Assembly (NCBI RefSeq): GCF_035285525.1
Contig: NZ_JAYKGW010000073.1
Coordinates: forward strand, 1 to 21,499
Source of the DNA: Okeania sp.
GTDB lineage: Bacteria; Cyanobacteriota; Cyanobacteriia; Cyanobacteriales; Microcoleaceae
DNA: 21,499 bases
Direction: 5' to 3'
Under the pieces are notes generated by a model. The model ran no database searches and was not told the origin of the DNA. It was given only the letters and a program-made list of their open reading frames with translations. A program made the translations under genes and the position numbers. Below, piece by piece: positions 14,399-21,499 of this stretch. Every line of letters starts with the position of its first letter. Positions within the stretch are counted from its first letter, which is position 1.

Positions 14399-14710
14399 TG
14401 GATAATTGATAATTACCTCTCCCTTTTAGAGCTATGCTTTATAAACATCTTTCTTAACATAAAAGTTAAAGAAGAGAGAAGTTATGAATTTGCCATGCAA
14501 TAGGTATTCTGGAAGAGTAAACGTATTTAATTAGAGGCTTTTCTAGCCCCACCCATATCCCCAACCCTTATCAAGAGGGTTTCAGGAAATCCTGATCTTA
14601 AGGATAGTCTTGATTAGGGAGAGAATTGAGTAAAAGAAAAAAACTTATTTTCTTCCCCTTGGAAAGGGAGACTTTTAAGCTTGATTATCTAATTATTAAT
14701 TATTAATTTT
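14399..14710 (+). mobile_element. M2 element carrying a nested M3 element (second composite copy)
   Basis: The short arm AATGGATAATTGATAATTAC is the reverse complement of 9217-9240. The long arm AATTGAGTAAAAGAAAAAAACTTATTTTCTTCCCCTTGGAAAGGG and the right heptamer array are at 14686-14710. Confidence 0.6.
14421..14620 (+). mobile_element. M3 MITE-like element nested in M2
   Basis: The left end is CCCTTTTAGAGCTATGCTTTATAAACATCTTTCTTAACATAAAAG. The right end is CTTAAGGATAGTCTTGATTAGGG (imperfect inverted complement). Confidence 0.6.
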
Positions 14711-15258
14711 TCGGTAAGATTTGAGATATGGGAAGAATAATGATAATGTATTTGTAGTTTGGGTGTATTGTCTATAATAGGTATACTCTGTAGAGATTTA
14801 AACACCAGTATAAATTTTTTGACAGATGCAGTTGCCGAAATCTATGCTCTTCCTGCACCGAAAAACCATGAATGCCTATGGATGAGTAATCGGCGACGGC
14901 TTTATTAACAGCAGTTAGAGACTTTGTATGGAACGTCCATACCCCCATTAATTTGTCACGTTATGTGACGCTTTGTATAAGTTTGATAGAGCAGTCTTGT
15001 TAAGTTGGTCAGCTCTTGCAATAAATAGCTACCCTAGCAATCCTAAATCTGCTCTGGAAAATTTCTATCGCAGTTAATTTTAATTTTAAGTCATCTAGGA
15101 AATTTCATATATTGCCAATTTAAAATACTCTACTACAATCCCAGTTATTGAACCGTGGATAAATGTCAGAGAAAAAGAATCTTAAAGTTAAAATTGTAGC
15201 AAAAACCATAACCTAAATAAAGCTAAAGAAAACTTATACCTTAATAAATTAAGACAAA

Positions 15259-17271
15259 GTGGAGAAGGGAAAATTAATAGAATTTAGATTACATGGAGAG
15301 CGGCGACTAGCTGTGACAGAACGTCCTGACGGTAAAAAAAACTGGGTCGTGGTAGAAGCAAGTGGTAAATCTAACAGTATACCACCAAAACAAATAAGTT
15401 ATGAAGTAACAGGAGAAAGTTACAAGTCATCAGAAATTCCCAAATTTCTTCAGGAAGTAGAAAAATATCTAGATCCTTCTAGTTTAGAAGTAGCATGGGA
15501 GTTGCTAGTAGAAGAATCAGAAACAGTAAATCCTGAAGAAATGGCACTACTACTATTTTCAGAACAAACACCAAGTCAATGTTACGCAGCCCATATATTA
15601 TTATCAGATGATAAACTCTACTTTAAGCAAAAAGGCGATCACTACGAACCTCGGCCTGTAACTCAAGTAGAAGAAATTAAACATCAACAAGAAGTCCAAA
15701 AACAACGAAAACAAGAACTAGAAAACTTTTTATTGCGGGTAAATAACCGACTGACAGGAGAAAAGGTAGAGTGGCAACAAAGCGATTATAATCGCCTAGA
15801 TACGATAGAAAAATTTGCTACTCATGGAGAAGAAACTTCTTATCGCAGTCAGGCCATGGAGACCTTGGCTATTCTAGAATTACCAGAAACTCCCGAAGCA
15901 GCATTTAAACTATTAGTGGATTTAGGTATATGGACCGAGCATGAAAACTTACATCTCCGACGTAGCCAAATTCCCACACATTTTTCTACCAAGGTATTAG
16001 AAGTGGCCAAAAGTCGCCTGCATTCTCTCCCACCAGATCCAGATACAAATCGTTTGGACTTAACCCATCTTAAAGTCTATACTATTGACGATGAAAGCAC
16101 TCAAGAAATAGATGATGGTCTGAGTATAGAATTTTTAGAAGAGGATAAACAAAGGATATGGGTACATATTGCTGACCCAACTCGCCTACTTATTCCTGGA
16201 GATGAGTTAGACCTAGAAGCAAGGCGTAGAACTACTACTTTATATTTACCTACTGGTATGGTTCCCATGTTTCCCTCAGAGTTGGCAACGGGACCAATGA
16301 GTTTGATTCAGGGGCAAAATTGTAGCGCTTTGAGTTTTGGAATCATTTTAGATGAAACTGGGGCAGTTATAGATTATACAATTCATCCTACTTTAATTAA
16401 GCCAACTTACCGTTTGACTTATGATGATGTAGATGAAATGCTACAATTAAAGATTAAACTAGAACCAGAAATTCATGCTCTGAATGATTGGGCTAAACAA
16501 AGGTTTAAGTGGCGACAATCACAAGGCTCGATTAGTATTTATATGCCGGAGTCGGTGATTAAGGTGAAAAATGAAGGTGAAGAAATTACGGTAGAGTTGT
16601 TGGATGATTCACCATCAAGACAGCTAGTTGCGGAGATGATGATTATGGCAGGGGAAGTGGGGGCAAAGTATGGTCAAGAACATAATCTGCCTTTACCTTA
16701 TCGTAGTCAACCTCAACCAGAACTCCCTCCAGAGTCAGAACTAATGTTATTGCCTGCTGGACCAGTTCGTTCGACTGCTATGCGTCGATGTATGCCAAAA
16801 AGTGAAATGGGTACTATTCCGGCTCGTCATGCTAGTTTGGCTTTGGAAACTTATGTTCAGGTTACTTCTCCGATTAGGCGTTATAGCGATCTATTGGCTC
16901 ATTTTCAGATTAAGGCTCATCTTCGAGGAGACCCGTTACCTTTTACTCAAGACAAAATGCAAGAAATGGTGATGAGTTTAGTTCCAGCAGTGAAGGAAGC
17001 TTCTAGTGTGGAAAGGTTTACTAACCGTTATTGGGGGTTGGAATATTTACGGCGGAACTCGGATGAGGTTTGGCAAGCTCTGATTATTCGGTGGTTGAAG
17101 GAGGAGATTAATTTAGGGTTGGTTTTGTTAGAAGAGTTGGGGTTAGAGTTGGCGATGCGGTTTGGTAGGTCAGTTGAGGTGGGCGATCGCTTGGAGGTAA
17201 AGGTTGCTTATGCTGACCCTCGTAAGGATGAGATTGTATTTCAGGAAGTAATTACAACTGTAGCGGAATGA
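15259..17271 (+). CDS. rnb: RNase II / RNase R family 3'-5' exoribonuclease (GTG start)
   Basis: 670-aa ORF with RNB-domain motifs (YTIDDESTQEIDDGLSIE, HIADPT, LYLPTGMVPMFP, TSPIRRYSDLLAHFQ) and a C-terminal S1-like tail. The N-terminus MEKGKLIEFR is typical of the cyanobacterial orthologues I recall. Confidence 0.92.
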   Translation: MEKGKLIEFRLHGERRLAVTERPDGKKNWVVVEASGKSNSIPPKQISYEVTGESYKSSEIPKFLQEVEKYLDPSSLEVAWELLVEESETVNPEEMALLLFSEQTPSQCYAAHILLSDDKLYFKQKGDHYEPRPVTQVEEIKHQQEVQKQRKQELENFLLRVNNRLTGEKVEWQQSDYNRLDTIEKFATHGEETSYRSQAMETLAILELPETPEAAFKLLVDLGIWTEHENLHLRRSQIPTHFSTKVLEVAKSRLHSLPPDPDTNRLDLTHLKVYTIDDESTQEIDDGLSIEFLEEDKQRIWVHIADPTRLLIPGDELDLEARRRTTTLYLPTGMVPMFPSELATGPMSLIQGQNCSALSFGIILDETGAVIDYTIHPTLIKPTYRLTYDDVDEMLQLKIKLEPEIHALNDWAKQRFKWRQSQGSISIYMPESVIKVKNEGEEITVELLDDSPSRQLVAEMMIMAGEVGAKYGQEHNLPLPYRSQPQPELPPESELMLLPAGPVRSTAMRRCMPKSEMGTIPARHASLALETYVQVTSPIRRYSDLLAHFQIKAHLRGDPLPFTQDKMQEMVMSLVPAVKEASSVERFTNRYWGLEYLRRNSDEVWQALIIRWLKEEINLGLVLLEELGLELAMRFGRSVEVGDRLEVKVAYADPRKDEIVFQEVITTVAE

Positions 17272-17300
17272 ATAAAATTAGGGAGTAGGGGGTAGGGTTC

Positions 17301-17416
17301 AATAATTAATAATTAATAGTTAATAATGACCTCTTCTGATCAATAAGAGGATTAGCTAAAAGCAAATTTTTTCTTTTTTATCCATGAATGGAGAGTCTTG
17401 ATAATCTAATTAATTT
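17301..17416 (+). mobile_element. M2 MITE-like element, compact copy, 30 nt downstream of the rnb stop
   Basis: AATAATT AATAATT AATAGTT AATAATG, then ACCTCTTCTGATCAATAAGAGGATTAGCTAAAAGCAAATTTTTTC, then a right end ATAATCTAATTAATTTTT. It is absent from the paralogous position in the downstream duplicate (about 17878-17886). Confidence 0.65.
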
Positions 17417-17650
17417 TTCGGTAAAGTTTGGAGTAAGCTAGAATTTGATACCATAATCTGTTATTCTTAAGCTAACAATTTTTTATAAATAAGCTAGTCA
17501 GTTGTGATACCAATTTTTAAAAATATATCTTGAATTTCTAAAAACTCTACTGCTTACTTCCCATACTTAAGATTTGACAATTAAAATGCCTCTTGGACAA
17601 AAAAAAAGATACAGCAGATTCTAAGTATATGAAGTATAGAACTTATTTCA

Positions 17651-17877
17651 GATGAGGTTTAGCAAGCTTTGATTATTCGGTGGTTGAAAGAGGAGATTAA
17701 TTTAGGGTTGGTTTTGTTAGAAGAGTTGGGGTTAGAGTTGGCGATGCGGTTTGGTAGGTCAGTTGAGGTGGGCGATCGCTTGGAGGTAAAGGTTACTTAT
17801 GCTGACCCTCGTAAGGATGAGATTGTATTTCAGGAAGTAATTACGACTGTAGCAGAATAAATAAAATTAGGGAGCAG
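17651..17877 (+). pseudogene. Duplicated fragment of the rnb 3' end (last 69 codons plus 17 nt of downstream flank), inactivated
   Basis: It aligns without gaps to 17062-17288 at a constant offset of 589. There are 8 mismatches, all transitions. The codon corresponding to TGG (17071-17073) is TAG here (17660-17662). The track ORF 17669-17860 is the remaining open part and starts at TTG. Confidence 0.85.
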
Positions 17878-18030
17878 GACTTAGAGGTAAAGTTTAGAGT
17901 AAGCTATAATTTTTCTATCTGTCTGTAAGGTAACAAGTTGTTATTTATAACTTGACCAGTTTTTACACTGATTTTAAAAAGGATATGTTAATTTCTAAAA
18001 ACCCTACTTCCTACTTCTCATAATGGAAAG

Positions 18031-18433
18031 ATGACTTTTACTTTTGACCAGACATATTATCGAGATTTATTACTTAAATTTACTCCAAAAGCTATAGAAA
18101 CAGAACTAGAATATGAAGCATATTTGGCAGTATTAGAAGAACTGACTTTTTTGAAAAATCTCACCCAGGAAGAAAAAGCTCTATAATAAATTGTTAGTTT
18201 TATGAATAGAAAACTATGAAACTGAAAATTATCCGGTGGCATCGGTAGAAGCTTAGGAAATTTTACACCATTTAATTGCAGCAAGTGGAATTAGTCAACA
18301 AGATTTAGTAGGAATTATTAGTTCTGATGAAGTAGTTTCTCAGGTTATGGATGGTAAAATTTATTTCAATAACTGGCAGTCAAAAGCTCTAGCAGATTAT
18401 TTCTAAATCTCTCCAACTATTTTTCAAAAATAG
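18031..18433 (+). pseudogene. HigA/XRE-type HTH antitoxin-like gene, degraded (1 frameshift, 3 in-frame stops)
   Basis: Frame 1 reads MTFTFDQTYYRDLLLKFTPKAIETELEYEAYLAVLEELTFLKNLTQEEKAL, then stops at 18184. After a +1 shift it reads YNKLLVL*IENYETENYPVASVEA*EILHHLIAASGISQQDLVGIISSDEVVSQVMDGKIYFNNWQSKALADYF*ISPTIFQK*. This is collinear with the common cyanobacterial HigA-like family as I recall it (MTFTFD..Y..LL..F.P..I.TE...E.AL.....L... / GI.Q.DLV...GS...VSEV.NGKR.....Q.K.L...F.VSP..F). Confidence 0.6.
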
Positions 18434-18436
18434 GTC
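18416..18436 (+). repeat. 21-bp direct repeat, copy 1 (ACTATTTTTCAAAAATAGGTC), covering the ancestral 3' end of the antitoxin pseudogene
   Basis: Identical to 18824-18844. It contains the palindrome CTATTTTT C AAAAATAG. Confidence 0.8.
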
Positions 18437-18720
18437 TTATTAATGATTGATAATAAAAACTATATTTAAAATATCATATCCGGTTAATTAGATGTGGGTT
18501 GGGTTGAGGAACGTAGCTTACTTCTGTGCAGGAGTAACCCAACAAAAATCTTTCTCCCCTGCTACCCTACTTCCTAATACACTATTAGTTTTAGGTGAAA
18601 CAGTTCAGTAGTGGGCAAACAAAGTTAAAATGGTGCATTATTAGTTTCAGACTCTGTAGGGGGGGTTACGGTTCCCGAAAAATCACAGGTAAGTTAACGA
18701 GTTTTTCAAGTAAGTCAGCT

Positions 18721-18766
18721 AAACCCGCCCCTCCATGATATCACGCACCTTCCTAGGGGCGGGTTT
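18721..18766. repeat. 12-bp GC-rich hairpin AAACCCGCCCCT / AGGGGCGGGTTT
   Basis: Perfect complementary arms at 18721-18732 and 18755-18766 with a 22-nt loop. A third half-site AAACCCGCCCCTAC lies at 18803-18816. Confidence 0.6.
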
Positions 18767-18823
18767 ATGTAAACTTTAGAGTAAGCATAAAAATTTCTGC
18801 TAAAACCCGCCCCTACCCCATGC

Positions 18824-18844
18824 ACTATTTTTCAAAAATAGGTC
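18824..18844 (+). repeat. 21-bp direct repeat, copy 2, ending 3 nt before the recJ stop codon
   Basis: Identical to 18416-18436. Confidence 0.8.
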
Positions 18845-18847
18845 ATT

Positions 18848-20893
18848 TCAATTAAGTTTTAAAGCATTCATTGCTGCTTTAATTAAATGGAAAAAACGAG
18901 GTTGAGAAACATCGACTTGTTTAGCATAATTTCGGCTTTTTCCTAATAAACCAAATTTCTTTCCCTGTTGAATAGCTAATACTTCACCACGGGAATTTCT
19001 AATTCTTAATTCCTTTGTATTTCCTGTTTGATAAAGACTGCAAGTGTAAGGGCGATCGCTATAAGAAAATTCTGCTTTTTGAGGTTGGTTAGATGATTTT
19101 TGCTGAGGAGAAATTTCTATAGGTAAACGTAAACCAACTAATTCTAATTGAATATTTGTTTGAAAATTCCAAGTATTTTCTTTTAACTGATAAGCAATAT
19201 CGACTAATTGAGGTAAAGGAAAATAATCTCCCCAACGCCAAGCAATTCCTTGCATTTCTTTTTCTCCTTTAATTAAGGTTAATTTTAGATGACCTTTCCC
19301 GACAATTTTTTGTTGAATAATTCGGACATTTCGAGTGTAAAAAATAGGAGATTTATTTTCAATTCCACAGGGATGAAGTAAATCTATTTGCCGAAATAAG
19401 TCATAATTAAGTTCTGGAAATTCTGCTTCAGCATCAATAGTAATTAACGGTTTTAAATGATTAATTTCTAAACATTGATGAGCAAATTCTCTCAAACGGG
19501 AACGAAATTTATCTAAGTTTTCTCCAGGCAAAGAAAAACCGCCTGCTGCTTTATGACCGCCATATTTTCCTAATAATTTATCACAAAATTGTAGCGCTTC
19601 AAAAACATTAAATTCTGGAATACCACGAGCAGAACCCCGGATAGTATTTTCTTGCTCCTCATAACTCCCAATAAAAACAGGTACTCCATAACGTTCCACC
19701 AACCGGGAAGCAACAATACCAATAACTCCATGATGCCATCCCGGTTGTACCACTACCAATACCCTTTCTTGCTGTAAACTTATCTGACTTTTCTCACACC
19801 AAGCGATCGCCTGTTCTTCGATTTCTAAACATAATTCTTGTCGTCGTTGATTAATTTCTTGACACTGTTTCGCTCTTGCTTCTGCTATTTCTTTATCGTC
19901 CGTCGTTAAAAGTTCAATTACAATTTGTGGATCGGCAATACGTCCCACTGCGTTGATACGGGGACCGAGACGAAACCCAATATCATCAGGTTTCAGCGAT
20001 TTTTGATTATTGGTTTGTTTTGAATTTTCTTGCTCTTGCGCTTTAACATCAGATACTTGAATTAATGCTTTGACTCCCGCTAACTGAGACTTGGGTAAAA
20101 ATTGTAAACCTCTTTTCACCCAACGACGATTAACTCCAGTTAAGGGTGCTAAATCAGCAATAGTACCAAGAGTAAATAATTCTAACAGAGGTTTAATTAA
20201 ACCTTCCATTTTTCCCAGACGTTTTGCCAAAGATACTGCCAAAATATAAGCAACTCCCACACCTGCAACACCACGATAGGGAGAATTTTCTGAGATTAAT
20301 TTAGGGTTGAGAATAGCATTAGCAGGTGGTAGATTAGGTGGAATATCGTGGTGATCCGTAATAATAACATTTAAACCAAGTTCGCGAGCAATGGTAATAG
20401 GTTGATGAGCAGCAATACCATTATCTACAGTCAGAATAAGACTAACTCCTTCTTGGTGAAACTCTTCAACAATGCGTTGGTTAATACCATAACCTTCCTG
20501 CATCCGACTGGGAATAGCATAGTCAACTTTTGCGCCCAGGTGTTTGAGACTACGCAATAATAAAGCAGTGCTAGTCATGCCATCTGCATCATAGTCGCCA
20601 CAGATAGAAATTTTTTGCCCTTGGGAAATTGTAGTTTCTAATAAATTTAAACTAATATCTAAGTCAGGAAATTCTTCTATTGGAGAAGGTAATTTTATTG
20701 ACTCAGGGTTTATAAATGCTTGTGCTTTTTCTATAGTAGAAATGTCACGGTTAATTAGTGCTTGAGCTATTAAAGGTAATATGTTTAAACTTGTAGATAA
20801 TTGTTTAGTTTTTTCTGGTTCTGCTGGATGTATTACCCATCTTTGATTAGGTAATTTTTTCTGTTTAGTTTGGTGATTAGATTTATTTTGCAC
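18848..20893 (-). CDS. recJ: Single-stranded-DNA-specific exonuclease RecJ
   Basis: 681-aa ORF with DHH-family motifs (GDYDADGMTSTALL, DNGI, IITDHHD) and the DHHA1 motif GGHKAAGG. The length and order are typical of RecJ. Confidence 0.92.
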   Translation of the reverse strand: MQNKSNHQTKQKKLPNQRWVIHPAEPEKTKQLSTSLNILPLIAQALINRDISTIEKAQAFINPESIKLPSPIEEFPDLDISLNLLETTISQGQKISICGDYDADGMTSTALLLRSLKHLGAKVDYAIPSRMQEGYGINQRIVEEFHQEGVSLILTVDNGIAAHQPITIARELGLNVIITDHHDIPPNLPPANAILNPKLISENSPYRGVAGVGVAYILAVSLAKRLGKMEGLIKPLLELFTLGTIADLAPLTGVNRRWVKRGLQFLPKSQLAGVKALIQVSDVKAQEQENSKQTNNQKSLKPDDIGFRLGPRINAVGRIADPQIVIELLTTDDKEIAEARAKQCQEINQRRQELCLEIEEQAIAWCEKSQISLQQERVLVVVQPGWHHGVIGIVASRLVERYGVPVFIGSYEEQENTIRGSARGIPEFNVFEALQFCDKLLGKYGGHKAAGGFSLPGENLDKFRSRLREFAHQCLEINHLKPLITIDAEAEFPELNYDLFRQIDLLHPCGIENKSPIFYTRNVRIIQQKIVGKGHLKLTLIKGEKEMQGIAWRWGDYFPLPQLVDIAYQLKENTWNFQTNIQLELVGLRLPIEISPQQKSSNQPQKAEFSYSDRPYTCSLYQTGNTKELRIRNSRGEVLAIQQGKKFGLLGKSRNYAKQVDVSQPRFFHLIKAAMNALKLN

Positions 20894-21061
20894 AATATTT
20901 TTTAATTTAAAAAGTTAATAATTTGTTGAAGGAAAATAATATTATATTAGCAAAAAAATATTAAATTAGAAATCCAAAGTCAAACTATTTGTTAACTTTA
21001 TTTTTCTATTACATTAGCAAATTCTTATTTTCTTTGTTCTCTATTCTTTATTCCCCTTATA

Positions 21062-21499
21062 TTACTTTTGCCACAAAGATGGTACTACTTCATCCAAAAA
21101 CCACTCCCAAAATTCTCTTCTTTTTAAATCATCTTCAATACCTTTTTCCCAAGTTGCACCTCCACAGTATGCTGCACTTGCAAAAAAACAGAAAGGTTTT
21201 TACTATCACAAAACTCTTCTATTTTTTTGTATATTTTTAGACGTTCTGAGGCTGACAGTTTTCTTCTTGTAGTAAAACTAGAGCGAGATTTTTTCATAAC
21301 TTGTTTGATTGATATTTGTATAAAAAAAATCTGTTCTTTTTTTTAGTTTCTTTTCTTCTACTTCACCTTTTACAAATCTTTCTATAAGTGCCAAGAAATC
21401 TCTAGCAGAATTATCAGTAAAATCACAATAATCCCAAATATTTAAAACTTTCCCAGCACAAGTAAGTTCTAATTTTGCTATAAGATAGTTAAAATCATT
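21062..21499 (-). pseudogene. 3' part of an unidentified minus-strand gene, apparently broken by two frameshifts at homopolymer runs. Alternatively, an intact gene ending at 21281 plus a 57-aa ORF.
   Basis: Three consecutive open segments lie in three frames. The first, 21499-21281, is NDFNYLIAKLELTCAGKVLNIWDYCDFTDNSARDFLALIERFVKGEVEEKKLKKRTDFFYTNINQTSYEKISL*. The second, 21297-21127, is MKKSRSSFTTRRKLSASERLKIYKKIEEFCDSKNLSVFLQ.... The third, 21202-21065, is KPFCFFASAAYCGGATWEKGIEDDLKRREFWEWFLDEVVPSLWQK* and has no start codon. The frame switches coincide with T6 (21289-21294) and A7 (21182-21188). Confidence 0.4.

Noticed and set aside
14773-14778. TATAAT box considered as the rnb promoter
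   Set aside because: It would give a leader of about 480 nt, the -35 match is poor, and TATAAT-like hexamers are frequent in this AT-rich spacer. It is not reportable without TSS data.
14772-14948. 58-aa minus-strand ORF (MGVWTFHTKSL...) in the rpsR-rnb spacer
   Set aside because: Its N-terminus is the translation of a GGACGTTCCATAC-type palindromic repeat. It has no recognisable domain or RBS and is probably fortuitous.
14820-14960. GC-richer patch upstream of rnb considered as a riboswitch or leader
   Set aside because: I could not match it to any riboswitch consensus I know, and part of it is a degenerate palindromic repeat.
17669-17860. 63-aa track ORF considered as an independent small gene
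   Set aside because: It is the open remainder of the duplicated rnb 3' fragment. It starts at TTG directly after a TGG-to-TAG mutation and has no recognisable RBS or promoter.
17062-17877. The rnb tail and its duplicate considered as a template/variable repeat pair of a diversity-generating retroelement
   Set aside because: The 8 differences are all transitions, mostly G to A or C to T, not adenine-specific substitutions. The copy carries a premature stop, and no DGR-type RT or accessory gene is in the window. Ordinary decay of a duplicate explains it.
18057-18284. 75-aa minus-strand ORF
   Set aside because: It is antisense to the HigA-like pseudogene, whose sense-strand translation has recognisable family features.
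20989-21240. 83-aa plus-strand ORF
   Set aside because: It is a very low-complexity F/L/Y/K-rich translation, antisense to the better-supported minus-strand open segments.

Overview
AT-rich cyanobacterial chromosomal segment. The evidence is HIP1 octamers (GCGATCGC) plus psbX, ycf19-like, ycf66-like and hli genes. Thirteen intact housekeeping genes are supported: accC, ycf19-like YGGT, psbX (missing from the ORF track), ycf66-like, an S1C serine protease with a PPC domain, a secreted PPC-domain protein, hli, sdhB, an RDD-family protein, rpmG, rpsR, an RNase II-family exoribonuclease and recJ. Summed from their coordinates they cover only about 50% of the window. The eight spacers (0.6 to 1.6 kb) are mosaics of at least six short MITE-like repeat families, many carrying period-7 micro-arrays (STRR-like). 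The left edge is the 3' end of a group II intron, with a canonical domain V at 50-83. Three decayed genes are also present. One is a 227-bp duplicate of the rnb 3' end. One is a HigA/XRE-like antitoxin pseudogene. One is a probably frameshifted gene at the right edge. The low coding density, repeat load and group II intron suggest a Trichodesmium-like filamentous cyanobacterium, but that is inference only. I found no multi-gene defence, secretion or biosynthetic system. The unusual biology I can support is the repeat architecture and how precisely it abuts gene boundaries: repeat ends supply the accC start codon and the sdhB stop codon. The rnb tail duplication is the other notable point. All repeat coordinates were aligned by eye and are approximate to a few nt.
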